Source: Schmidtea nova (Eukaryota). From it: DNA of 64,000 nucleotides. Numbering within the stretch: position 1 is the first letter of the stretch; the number at the start of each line of letters is the position of its first letter. Positions 12,295-25,070 of this stretch are shown here, one piece after another. Where the stretch lies: the NCBI GenBank assembly GCA_044892505.1, contig JBJFYY010000020.1, positions 124,001 through 188,000 on the forward strand. The letters run 5' to 3'. The notes below the pieces were generated by a model. It worked only from the letters and a program-made list of their open reading frames with translations, searched no databases and was not told the origin of the DNA. The position numbers and the translations under genes are program-made.

Positions 12295-14024
12295 TGCTGG
12301 GTTTATGGGTGGGTTTTAAATAATTAATAATAAATAAATAAATAATAATTAAACAAATAATCATAACTAAGTATACTAGGGATGCCTCACCCATAACCAT
12401 ACATAAAAAACAAATCGTCTCACTCGCACGCCCCTAACTATTCCCTATCTAGTTAGGTTGGAACTGCGCGCGGTGGTTGAAAAATGATGGGCAGGTGAGC
12501 TCCATCGCTGGAACTACTCCCCATTTATTTTCACGGGTTCCCGCTGCCGCTAGAAGGTCTTACGCGTTATTCTCTCAATGTCTACGCTCAAATTCCTTAA
12601 AAAAATTAACAAACGTCTTTTAAATAGAGATTTTATTTAGCTACAAACTCCTTACGCTATATAAAACCCAAAATAATGCGCTGCACCTTAAAATTATATT
12701 TATTTATAAAAACTCTCGAAAATTTCCTTTACTCAAAATCACCGCTATGTCGTTGCATTGTTATGCGTAACAAAATCTATTGATCAAGTTCGTCTTGCTA
12801 ACATTTTAATTCTGAAATTAAATCACTACATAAGATGTAAAATTCCTGTAAAGCTCCAAAATTATCGCTGAAAAATGCGCAAACCTCAAAACCTATCGTT
12901 CAACACTCAAAAATCCTATCATTATATGAAACCCTCAAAATCTATCGCAATTTCCAAAACTATTCTCTATGTGCAACCATTCATTATGTGCAAACTCAAA
13001 AATATCCGAAAAAATCCCAGATACATAAATTATAAAAAGGTACAACCGCCGTGTGAAGCGACGAGGCTCCACGATGACGACTATGTCTCCCTCGCCGCGT
13101 TAGCAGCCTAGGAAGCATAACTATGTAAATATTTTATATAATAACTACAATAATACTCATCATCGAATATTTATTTTCGGAAAAATTAGCCTCAAAACTT
13201 TACTAGGACCACTACTTAACAAATTACCCAACACATCTCACACAAAAATATTCAAATAACACAAAAATACCCGTTCGAAATCGATCCACACGACTGGCGA
13301 AATCAAAACCAAAATTTTGCTCTCAGTAAATTAATGCCAAGTAAGTTTAGATTGTGATTTTTCAGCGTCTATTTATACTAATTTTACTGACGCTTAGATA
13401 TTTTGTTATTAACATAATTTATTAACAATTTAAACTTACTTATTAGTTTTAATAAGTGAGCATTTATTAATCTTTCATAAATTTAACTTTATAATTTGAT
13501 TTATTTATTTCGAAAATATTTGTTTTTAATTCTTTTAAATTAGGTGTGTATCCATTGTTTTATTGTGCATTTATTGCTTAAAACAATTTATTTTTAAATC
13601 TATTTTCATTCCTATCTCTCTTAATTTTTGCGATATTTCAATAGGGATTTATTCTATAATTTTTAATAAATTATTTTCTTTATTCTGATACTGATTTTAT
13701 TCTTTGATCATGCTTTTCATAATCACTTTACAAGCACTGATCTTCCCCATTCAATTCTCATGCGGTCTTTCGTGTGTAAATCTGACCTGCACTCAAATTG
13801 TGTGCTCTCCTTTGAGATGCATCTTTTTATCGCTTTAACCCTATCTCGACAGACTTATAAGATGCAGTTCGTAAGACTACTATTGTACTTAACTGTTTTT
13901 ATTTTCCCTTGCGTTATTTTACTGCTTAACGTCTTGTCGTTCGTTTCTTTTTGTTTCTCTTTGTATGTATTTATTTTTTAATAAATTTTAATAAAATTTT
14001 ATTTTTGATTTCACCAGCCCAACA
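12295..14024 (-). repeat. 5' LTR of the gag-only element (1730 bp)
   Basis: Near-identical to 924-2653 and followed on the minus strand by the PBS. Confidence 0.93.
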
Positions 14025-15118
14025 AAAATCAAAATTACCTAATAAATGGCTCCGATCATCGCCTCCTGTGATGGAGCTTCCTCGTTTGGGTATTGCATTT
14101 CTTCGTATTTCTCTTCGGCTTCACTTGAATAATTTACTTGATAGTTTGCATCTTGATTTCCAATTGCTGCTACCTCTCTTCTATTATACTGATTGTTTTG
14201 TTGATATCGGTCCCCTTTATTTTGATATGCTGCATTGTTCCTTCCATGTTGGTTCATTTTCGGCTTAAATCTTTCTAGGTTTGTATAGCATTCAGTTTCT
14301 TTGTGACCTCGTAAATGATCTCTCCTACACTGGATGTTTGGACATTCTCGGCGTACGTGTCAATATAATCCACATCCAAAACACTGAATCTTCCTCTTTA
14401 TAGTACATTCCCGGCTTATATGGCCTGGTTTCTGGCATGTCCAGCATACGACGTTTTTAGTCACTTCCAATGGTTTTGACATCGGAATCACATTTGTCTG
14501 TGCAGGTCTCTGAACGGCATCTCTGTAGCTTTTGGTAGGTTTCGGATATGATATAGGTCGAATCGTGTTAACATGGCTTATAGCTTTATTCACTTTCTCG
14601 ACTTTTCTAATTGTGCTTTTAATTTCTTCTGACGTCTTTAGTTCTTGCATTTCTATTTCTTTTTAAACTTTTTTCTCTCGAGTCCCATTCATGAGCAGGC
14701 ATTTTTTAATTTCTTCTTCGTTCCACTAATGTCGTAATAATCTTTTGGTTAATTTCTCCACTTTTTCGATGAATCGATCTGCTGAATCGGATCCTTGTTC
14801 ATAATTAAGAGCTTCCTTTAAGTCTTCAAATAATGATTTTGGTCTCAAAAATGCTGTTCTGAGCTTTTCCTCGAATGTTTTTCCTTCTGCTTTTTCATAT
14901 TCATCATATAATGGTTTATCCAACAGTGTGGTAACCAGAATCATTTGCATTTTGACAGATATTTTCGTTATATTAAAAAACTTTTGACATTCTTTGATGA
15001 ATTCTTCCAAGTCATCGTCTCTGTGGAATCTTTCTGGTAGCATCCTGCTAATCAATAGGTTTGTTGGCGTGGTCGCCATATTAGCAGCAACGATCTCAAA
15101 TTCGTTTTCGGCATCCAT
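14025..15118 (-). pseudogene. Ty3/Gypsy gag of the outer (host) retroelement, fragmented by stops or frameshifts
   Basis: LPERFHRDDDLEEFIKECQKFF (gag N-terminus); two knuckles CWTCQKPGHISREC and CFGCGLY..HVRREC. Confidence 0.8.
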
Positions 15119-16319
15119 TAAAAAATCAAACCAGCAACAAAATTTATTAAATTCAAAACTTCGATTTTATTTTCCAAATATTTAAACAAAAACTTGAAGG
15201 CTATTCTTCTTTAATTTTGATATTGATTCAAATGCTGGATAATTTTCAAATAAGAAATAACATATATTTAAGATTAATTTAATTAATTAATTTAAGATGT
15301 TTAAATAAAAATTTATGAAATCTGACAAATACAATTTAAATGTTTATTAGCAATTTTAATTTAAACGTGAATTCTACCCTTTCACTCGTAATGTCAAAAA
15401 GTCGGTAATATTGGCATCGATAAGACCTAGAAACGCATATCGATGACCTGTGATGCGGGTGTTAAAATCTAATACATTTATGTAATTTTAAGTCTCCAAC
15501 AAATATAAGAATGTTGAAAAAATGATATTGATAGGCTTAAAATTCGAGTTTGTTGTTATAATAATCAAATTTCTCTTGTCATGGTTTTATATAAATGTAG
15601 TTGTTTTTTTCTTCCCCATTTCATACGCCAATTGATCTTGCATGATTGTTTTTTTTGTTTCTTTTATTTCCAATGGAGCATAAAATTGTATTTCCGGGTG
15701 AAAAGATAAAAACATGGGGCATAGTTCAATAAATCTTTACTTGATTGACGAATTAAATATATAGGTATGAACAATGAATTGTGTTTGATTTCTACAAACA
15801 ACACATTGCTAAGATATGGGATTATTAATTAATATATTGTATAAAAAGGAAATTTAAACTTTCAATATTTATCCTTTAATACCTCGATTTCATTATGATC
15901 CCCATACAATTTCAAACCTATATTCATGTCGCTATAAATTAGAAATTGTTTATTTTCTAACTTGCCCAAATATAAAAATATCAGTAGTAATCATATCGAC
16001 ATACACAAATCCTGCCGATACCGATATTGCTGATATGATGTATCGGCACCGATATATCGGTAGACTTATAGTTGTGGAATTATTAAACGTATTTTTGCGC
16101 AACCCAATTTTTTAATTATTCTCAAAGTTTCAATTTTTTGTTATATTTTAGTCTATAACATGTAAAGTAATTTCACAAACTGTACTAAATACAATGTAAA
16201 AATACCAATATCGCAACTGATACACATAACAGGGCGAATCGAAAACAAAATTTTAGATTTAAACGAATAAATTTCACAGAAACACGTTCTAATTTAATAA
16301 TCAAAATTAAGCAATATTA

Positions 16320-17614
16320 GATTATAGTTCAATAAAAGAAGCATTTCACCTCTCTCAGCCAACAAACGCGAACTTTTGTCTGAATATATTTGTCCCGCTC
16401 CACTAAATAGTTGTTCACTTGGGACACTTGAAGCTGGAGGGGATAAATATTTCCACGTAAGAATAGATAGTGCACCTAATTAATATAATAATGGCGCTAA
16501 CAAATAATTATGAATCATTTTCAATATTTCTGCCTCTTCATTTGCTGATTCAACCGATTCACTGGTAGGAAAATGATCCCATAAACAAGATTTTGCAAGT
16601 GATGCAGATTTCCGGACTGCATTGTTTTTATTTACTGTCATCACAGATATATCATACTTTTTATCTACTTTAATTGCTGCCACCTCTTCCTTCAGTCAAG
16701 TTTTTGCCATCAATACGGTTTCATCACTGTCAAATATCTGATCTTTGAAACGAGGGTCGAGCACCGTGGCCAGAACGAGTGTTTTAATTTTTGCAGTATC
16801 TGAAAGCCTCGTGTTTAACGCATCCAATAAATTATTTTCATTGTTTTAATATCAATGTTCCAATCATGTGCACGTTTTAGTAACCGTCGAAGCAATGTAA
16901 GAATCGGCAGTATTACTGATGCCGATGTCGCATTGCCACTTATCTCCTTCGTTATGTCTTCGACTGGACTCAAAACCTCCATAATTCCTTCCACTAAGAT
17001 CCACTGTTTTGGTGTTAGTGTTTGTATGTTGTGCTCTACAGCATAGGCCCCAAGTACTAGTTTTTGCTCCTGGATTGATTGCAACATGTGTAACGAAGAA
17101 TTCTAGCGTGTTTTTACATCCTGAACAAGTTTTTTTTCTGTCATTCCCATCTTTTTTTGTAATGCTTGTAATTTATGCTGGGCTACAATTGACATCGAAA
17201 AAACTGAAACGATTTTGCGAGAAATGAAAAGAATATCTTTGACTGCGTCCTGAATAAGTATTACGTCGAGTATCACTAGTTGTAAGGTGTGAGTAAAACA
17301 AAGAACTCCTTCAAGTTTAGCGAGTCTCAAGCCTTAACAATGTTTGGCCCATTATCCCTTAGGCATGCATGTGCACGATCCATTCATATGTTAAATTCAG
17401 ATAGCATCATTTAAATCTTTTCGGCCAAATATTCTCCAGTGTGAGATTGTTCTAATGGGGTGGCAAAGAGAACAACTGCTTTTCTTTCAAAACATTCCGT
17501 TATATAATGTCCAGTAAAACTTAAAAGTGAAATTCCAGTTGACGGATCAGACCATACATCAGGGGTAAAACTAATATGTTTCTCGAAGTCAATGAGTGCC
17601 TTAATTTTGGTAGC
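16320..17614 (-). pseudogene. hAT (ZBED4-like) transposase, catalytic and dimerization part, degenerate
   Basis: ISFTPDVW, CFTHTLQLV (CxxH), VQDVKTR.NS, LDPRFK, and a C-terminal YLSPPASSVPSEQLFS (hATC). Confidence 0.88.
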
Positions 17615-19472
17615 CGACGAGTTTATCGAAAACTAGTTTATCGAAAACGAGTTTATCGAAAACGAGTTTATCGAAAGCGAGTTTATCGAAAACGAGTTTA
17701 TCGAATGATTAATTGATCGAATGACGAGTTTATCGAAAAATATTATTTTTAAGGAATTAAAAACTTGTTGCAAAAAATTCGTTTTAGGTAAAAATTATTG
17801 AAAAAATTAATTTGAAAATGCATTTACAATTCTTTATTAGTGAAAAAGGAAAACAGAAATTGTTTTTAAATGAATGTTTATTCTATAAGGACAAAAGTTT
17901 TGAAGCCAAAATATATTGGCGATGTGAAAATTATAAAACTAAATGCAGTGCTCGTGGAATAACGGAAAACGGCATTTTAGTTAATCTTAAAAATATTCAC
18001 AATCATGTGATAGATGCAGCAAGCGTTCAAGCTAAAAATGTCATCAGCTGCATTCGCCAGGAAGCCCTCATTACTCGTGATGCACCACAATATACTGTAG
18101 CTTCATCTTCAGCATTAGTAAGCCGAAGTGTTGCCGCCAAATTGCCAAGCGTGCCGAATCTTGCGAGAACTATACGGAATGTTAGAGCGAAGAAAAATAA
18201 AGGCCCACCGATTCCCAGATCAAGGCAGATATTGTATTCAGTGATGAATATACAAAAACAAACAAAAATGAAAAATTTCTTTTATATGATTCTGGAGCTG
18301 AGGATGACGACCGCATATTAATTTTTTCAACACAAGCAAATTTGGATATTTTACGGCGTTCTCTTCATTGGCACGGTGATGGTACTTTTAAAACCGTTCC
18401 TCCATTATTTGAACAATTATATACTATTCATGGATTGGAAGATAATAGATCAATTCCTTTAATATTTGGTCTCCTCCCAAATAAACGAGAGGAAACATAT
18501 GTAAGTTTTTTGAAAGCAGTAAAAGAATTAACTGGTCATTGCAATCCTCAATCTATAATGACGGATTTTGAAGTCGCAATGATCAACGCATTTCAACGAG
18601 AATTTCCACTATCCAGGCATTGTGGTTGTTTTTTTCATTTTAATCAATGTATTTGGCGTAAAATACAATCATCTAGACTAAAATAGCAATATGAAAATAA
18701 TCCAGAATACGCATTAAAATTTCGAATGCTTGCTGCAATGGCATTTGTTCCAACAAATGTTATTATAAACACATTTGAAGTTTTATGTGAAAGTAATATA
18801 TTTACTGACGATATGCTACCTGTGGTTGATTATTTTGAGGACACATGGATTGGACGACCTAATCGTCTCATAGGACGCCGCCCACCGAAATTTAATCACC
18901 AATTATGGAATTGCTATGAAGTGGTATTGCAGAATTTGCCCAAGACGAACAACAATCTCGAAGGATGGCACAATGGATTTCAGACATTGCTGAACGCTCT
19001 TCATCCAGGAATTTGGAAATTCATCGAACTATTAAAAAAAGAACAAAGCTTAAATGAACTAAAAATAGAACAATATCTCAGTGGACAGCAACCTCCACAA
19101 AAGAAGAAAAAATATCGTGATCTTGAAGCAAGATTGTTGCGGGTTGTCAATCGTTGGGATGAAAATATTAATATAAATGATCATTTACGATCGATTGCTC
19201 ACAATCTTTCATATTAAATTTTAAAATTATAATATAAATATTATGTACATATATAAATAAAATATTTAAAATTTCTGTATATAAATAAAATATTTAAAAG
19301 TTTTTAATTTTTTAAGAGACATGCTTTTTTGAGATAAAATCCAACTATTCGTAAGTTCCTTAAAAATAATATTTTTCGATAAACTCGTCATTCGATCAAT
19401 TAATCATTCGATAAACTCGCTTTCGATACACTCGTTTTCGATAAACTTACCGGGAATCTTTATTTTTGATTA
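17615..19472 (+). mobile_element. Mutator-like (MULE) DNA transposon inserted in the hAT transposase
   Basis: Inverted terminal regions of about 140 bp (17615-17760 vs 19350-19451) built from 15-bp GAGTTTATCGAAAAC units. The hAT frame resumes across it (MYRKV|ATKIKALI). No TSD resolved; ends approximate. Confidence 0.82.
17812..19217 (+). pseudogene. FLYWCH-MULE transposase with a frameshift (about 18230) and a premature TAG (18684-18686)
   Basis: FYK...YWRC...KCSAR...HNH (FLYWCH); HGDGTFKTVP, MTDFE, GCFFHF, PKTNNNLEGWHN. Confidence 0.9.
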
Positions 19473-20362
19473 AACTTTCCGGTACATGTCTGGAATTAAT
19501 GATGTTGCAAAAACTTTTGGACTAGGTAACTTATATCGCTTTTCTGCCTTCTCCATTACACGTCTGAACCCAATATTTTCAACCATGGTGAATGGTTGCG
19601 CATCAACGCAAATCATTTATCCTATTAATCTGTTCCAAGAGAGTGCTCTTGATCTATTAAAATCCCAAGCGATTGAGCAATCAATTACTTCTGATATAGT
19701 AGGTTGGTATGATAAATGTCCAGACGTAGATTCCACCCTAGATGTTGTTGTTTTTGTCGTTTTGAACTTTGAATATTCGATTTCATGCTTATATTTCAAA
19801 TGACTTATCAAATTAGTTGTCGAATAGGACGTAGGCTCCCGCCCACCCCGAGAAACTGCCGCATTGCAGACTTTGCGATTTGCTTTGCTGACATCTAGAG
19901 AATTAACGTCGAAAAAGGCCCGAATATTACTGGTCATCTTCGATTGTGTTGGCATGGTAAATTTCCAATTGTAATTAAATAAATTTAATCGAATTATTGA
20001 TTTAAAAAATTAACGGAAACCAATAATGATTAATTTCAAAATGTAAACAACTCAGACGTTCTATACGGTCTAACGATATATGTTTTCCATTATCATCAAT
20101 ATATAGAACAGAATTTTCACATATATAATTATAACGGTGATTGTTTTTCAATATATATTTTGATTCTACAGCATTGATAGTAAAAACCATGGTCGCCGGA
20201 TCCTATAATTTGAAGTTTATGTCGTTAGATAATACAAATTTAGTATTTTCATTTACTCTACTTAAAAAATATCGGTATTATCCATATTGGCACATATATT
20301 TCAGGCCGATACCAATATTGCCGATATGAAGATATTGGCACCGATATATCGGTAGACGTCTA
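19473..20362 (-). mobile_element. hAT 5' part: BED zinc finger and terminal sequence
   Basis: VSRGGREPTSYSTTNLISHLKYKH (BED) and QPFTMVENIGF...YKLPS. CCGATA-rich subterminal region ending TAGACGTCTA. Confidence 0.8.
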
Positions 20363-21397
20363 CTATAGTCTTACCATTAGGGGAATTATTGATATTGTTG
20401 GGTATCTATTGTTGGTTAAGTTGGTTTTTATCTGACTCCTCCGTGTTCTTATTAAAATCAATGAACAAGACCCAACACAGTAACCTTTATTAATAATAAA
20501 TTTAATACATAATTGTCTTTACAAATTATTTTATGTTTAACTGCTTTTCAGACTATTCGGTGACGCGCAGGGATACGTCTCCCAATGGCAGATGTCACTT
20601 TCTGGTACGCATGTTAACAAATGAATTTAAATTTGATTATCACTGACCTCGTTTCTCTTTTTACTTTTCACAATATTTCCTTTGCCGAGATGCGTTTCTT
20701 TTCTTCGACCGTAACGGGCGGCTCTGCTGTTTTTGTCTCTCTTTTTATATAAAATTTTTGAGAATTGATTTATTTGATTTTTCGTTAAAATAGTAAATTG
20801 CCCGTTATAGGCCATTAACCAGTCAATTTTTAATCTCAAAATGCCAGTTTACATTCTGAGGCAATTAAAATGCTAATTACGACTTGCCTTCTGCCTGGAA
20901 CATTAATTTTCAAGGCAATTAACTTGTCACGTCAGGTTTTCCTCATCGCCAGGGTTCTCCATTGGCTCAGGTTTTCCTCATCACTCGGGTGCTCCACTGG
21001 CTCGGGTTTTACGTTAGTTCGGGTTTTCCATTAGCCAATTAATTCTTAATTAATATTTTAATTTTTTGATTATTTCTTTCTGGGGAACACCCATCGATTT
21101 TATTTTTATATATTTGAATTCTTTTCTTCAATCGGCATACACCCACATCAATTTCCCCCACCATATGTTGATTTTCAATTTTATTAATTTTTTAATTAAT
21201 GATTTTGTATTTTAATTAATTTATAGATTTTTGTGTTTTTATTAATTTCTATTTAATTTTTTTAAATTGTCACTTTACCTTTGAGTCACTTATGACAAAC
21301 CCCAAAAATATTAATATTAAAAAAGATCAAAGGTGAAACAAAAAGGTAATTATGATATTATTGTTATTACTATTATTATTATATTATTGTAAAATTT

Positions 21398-21573
21398 NNN
21401 NNNNNNNNNNNNNNNNNNNNNNNNNNNNNNNNNNNNNNNNNNNNNNNNNNNNNNNNNNNNNNNNNNNNNNNNNNNNNNNNNNNNNNNNNNNNNNNNNNNN
21501 NNNNNNNNNNNNNNNNNNNNNNNNNNNNNNNNNNNNNNNNNNNNNNNNNNNNNNNNNNNNNNNNNNNNNNNNN
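21398..21573. other. Assembly gap (N run). Other gaps: 38701-38840, 43197-43483, 43490-43708, 52350-52534
   Basis: Runs of N in the sequence. Confidence 1.
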
Positions 21574-22074
21574 TGGCAATTTATTATTAAAAAGACCAAT
21601 TTGCCATTTCAAAATATATTTATGGGAAATATATTTCTATGGTATAACCATCATCTTCAGTCCTAAAATTATCGATTATCTAAACAAATTATGCGGTCAA
21701 ATATAAGTAACTACTATACGCATTGTGCAAATTTAAAGAATGAAAAATAAAATATTTTTCTTCTTTCCCTCTCTTCTAATTAAACACACTCAATAGATTT
21801 GTTGTCTCACTTTGTAAATTAATCTTAGGATCCAAAGATTTGATATACAAAGCTTCACAAACCACTCTTTCCCAGTAACTGGAAAATTTTCTATTCACAA
21901 TTTTAAAATCTTTAACATCGATAATTGTATTTTTACAGATTTTTTTAACATACTCACAAATATTACTGACACCACCGTCATCTCTGTACTCGCATTCGTG
22001 AACATTCTAGACCTAATGGTGTCAGTAATATTTGTGAGCATGTTAGGTCTAGAATCTAGATTCTTTAGATCGTA

Positions 22075-24178
22075 CTATTAAATATAACGAAAGAAAGGAG
22101 TTAATGAAAACAATAGAAGAAAATAAGGATGTTTTTAGTAAATATAAAATGGATATTGGGAAAAGTACATCAGTACATCATGAAATTGACACTGAGAACG
22201 CTCGGCCAATTGCTTTTAAACCGAGGAAGGTATCATTAGGTGTGAAGAAAGAGGTTAACCACGTGGTACAAGATTTATTAAGAGCTGGAATTGTGAGACC
22301 GAGCAAGTCAGCGTGGATTTTCTTTTATTGTGGTTATAAGGATAAATAATGGTGATATTAGAATGTGCTTCGATTATAGGCCAATGAACGCAAAGATGGC
22401 AAGACCAATCTTTTGCAATACCAGCTGTGGAAGATCTTTTTGATACACTTGGGGGAGCAAAGATTTTCTCTACGTTAGACCTATCAAGTGGTTACTACCA
22501 AGTACCAATAAAAGAAGGTGACATGGAGAAGACAGCTTTTAGCACAAAGTATGGACAATTCGAATTTACACAAATGCCATTTGGATTGTTTTCCGCGCCG
22601 GCCACTTTTCAGAAGCTAATGAACATGGTCTTGAGAAATGAAAATTGGATTAAATGTGTAGTATATTTGGATAATGTTCTTTTATTTGGGAGAACCACCA
22701 AAGAACATAATCAAAGATCGAACACTGTATTACGCCGAATTAAAGAGTCAGGACTGAAATTATCATCAGCTAAGTGTTCATTTTTAAAAAAAGTTAATTA
22801 TTTAGGACATGTCATCAATGAGAATTGGGTGAAAACTGACCCAGAGAAAATTGAGAGTATACGATCATGGACAATACCAACATGTAAAAAAGAATAGCAG
22901 ACCTTCTTAAGACTTTGCAATTATTACCGTAGATTTATAAAAAATTATGCAACGACATCAGAAAAATTGAATTCGATGTTAAATAGTGAAAATAATTTTG
23001 TGTGGAATGAAGATTGAAAAGAAGCATTTTACGAACTTAAAAGCAGACTGTCAACGCCACCGGTGTTGTCCTTGCCATATAAGGAAAGGGAATATATACT
23101 GGACATGGACGCTTCGCACAATAGTATGGGAGCCGTTTTGTCACAGAGACCAAATGGAGAAGTAAGAGTTTTGTGTTATGCATCAAAATCCATGAGTAAG
23201 AGTCAGAGAAAATATTGTATAACAAGAAAATAACTATTGGCAATATATACGTTTGTGCTGAAATTTAAACATTATTTGATGGGATCAAAGTTTTTAGTGA
23301 GAACGGACCACCAAGCGCGGAAATGGTTATTGAAATGGGATGATTCAAACACATCACAACATTGTTTTTTCTACGACATTATGTTGAATATAGAAAGGGC
23401 GAAGAACACATAAACGTTGATGCGATGTCCAGGTTACCTCCATGTGAATAATTAAGAAATTAAGGAATTAAGAAGACCTTTACCTCACCTTACTACCCAC
23501 AGAGTGATGGACTGGTAGAACGACTATTTGAAACTGCAAAAAGTATGATTGCAGCGGTGTTAGAAGAGAAGAAGAGCAAAGACTGGAGTGTAGTATTACC
23601 GGTAATAGAGTTCGGATTAAGAACTACAATACAAAAATCAACGAATTATTCACCATATGAAATATTATTTGGAAATCAAGCAGGATTACCCATATCAGCA
23701 ATAAAGGTTAATATGAGTCATTTTCAAGACTATGACGATTACGTCCAACAGCTGCAACTAAATTTATCAGATATTCACAAGAAAGTAAGAGAAAATATGG
23801 ATAGACAAAGAGAGTGTATCGCCGTAAGATATAATCAGAATCGATGGCACAAAGAATTGATAGTAGGAGATAAGATAACGATAAAGAATGAAGACAGAAG
23901 GGGTTTCGAGAAGAAGTATATAGGGCCATTCATAATAGTAGAAATAATGAATAAATGGACCTATGTATTATATTGTGACAAAGCTAAAAAGGAATAAGGA
24001 GAAATTATAATCAAATAAAAGTAGTAAATGACGAGGGAGATTTCTGTAGAGTAAAGCCAACCAACACTAGTATTTGGTCAAGGGAAACGAAGACCAATTT
24101 AAAACCGGTGAGAAGGTACCCATTACGGACGACGAGAAATCTAAAACCTAAGTACTGTTCGGTTGCCAGCGAGAGGGA
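22075..24178 (+). pseudogene. Degenerate Ty3/Gypsy pol (RT, RNase H, partial integrase), 5'-truncated and internally deleted
   Basis: FSTLDLSSGYYQV, FTQMPFGL, VYLDNV (YLDD decayed), D..ASHNSMGAVLSQ, RTDHQA, NYSPYEILFG; many stops. Confidence 0.9.
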
Positions 24179-24301
24179 TGTGATATAATTAATGAATTGA
24201 TTATATGCATTAGTTATATTTTAATTATTTAAGTTAATAAAGTTTTGAAGTATTATTGTGGTCTTATTTTATGATTATTTTATTTAATCATTGGTATCAC
24301 A
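24179..24301 (+). repeat. Probable 3' LTR (123 bp) of the preceding Gypsy
   Basis: Preceded by the purine tract GAGAGGGA; perfect terminal IR TGTGATA...TATCACA. Confidence 0.65.
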
Positions 24302-24965
24302 TAAAGGTATTATTATTATATTTTTAATCAGTTATAGATTTCAGATATAACCATAAAAATATAACAGTTATAATTTACAAAACGGTAGAGATTTGCGTTT
24401 ATTTTAATAGAATATTAGTTTTTTTTAATGTTGGCAGTTAATCAGTGCCCTAACACACACATCATAAATTTTGAAGGAAAAGATTCATAATTATAAAAAT
24501 AAATAAGTAATTTGCCTTTATTTAAAATGAATGTATGTGTTAGCTTTCTGTTTTTTTTAATTAATAGTTGTAATAAAAAACAAAAAATCATCAAGACTAG
24601 TAAAATAAAAATTTATTAATTATAATGAATAAATTAATTAATGTGATAAAAATTAATGTCAAACATTTACGCCTATAGTTTTAATCGGTTACAATGTTTT
24701 ATTTATGCTAATACACTTTTGCAGTAGTGCTACTGCCAAGCAACATTTATAATGATGACGCGCGCCATATCTCCCAAGTATATAACTGAATCTCGGTTGT
24801 TATAATCGATTACCATGATAATATTTAGTACCATTTTGTCTCGCCACCAAAGTAGGGAAAAGTGTGAGTAGAGTAATGCTAGCTATTTAGATGTCTATCT
24901 AACAATCTATTTTTTGAGTAATTTTCTTTTAAAGAAATATTTAAAATTTTTTTAGAATAATTCTA

Positions 24966-25070
24966 TTTTATTATTATTAATATCAATAATTCCCATAATG
25001 GATGACTATAGATCAAAATTTGATCTATAGTAATCCATTAGGGGAATTATTGATATTAATAATAATAAAA
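24966..25070. repeat. Near-perfect 105-bp palindrome (52-bp arms, 2 mismatches)
   Basis: TATCAATAATTCCCATAATGGATGACTATAGATCAAA-A-TTTGATCTATAGTAATCCATTAGGGGAATTATTGATA. Confidence 0.9.

Larger units (their letters stand above)
924..14024 (-). mobile_element. Full-length non-autonomous (gag-only) LTR retroelement, 13.1 kb
   Basis: Two 1730-bp direct repeats with TG...CA ends, a 4-bp TSD AAAA (920-923, 14025-14028), a tRNA-Pro-like primer-binding site (PBS) inside the right LTR and a gag ORF. No RT (YxDD) or integrase motif was seen. Confidence 0.88.

Noticed and set aside
20396-20477. Solo LTR TGTTGGGT...ACCCAACA
   Set aside because: It has an 8-bp terminal IR but is only 82 bp, with no TSD and no second copy; not supportable.
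20925-21035. About 35-bp tandem repeat encoding PEPMENPGDEENL-like peptides
   Set aside because: About 2.5 degenerate units that break frame; no assignable gene.
21352-21666. ORFs spanning N runs (also 38653-39003, 43485-43919, 52226-52571)
   Set aside because: They are open only because N codons hide stops.
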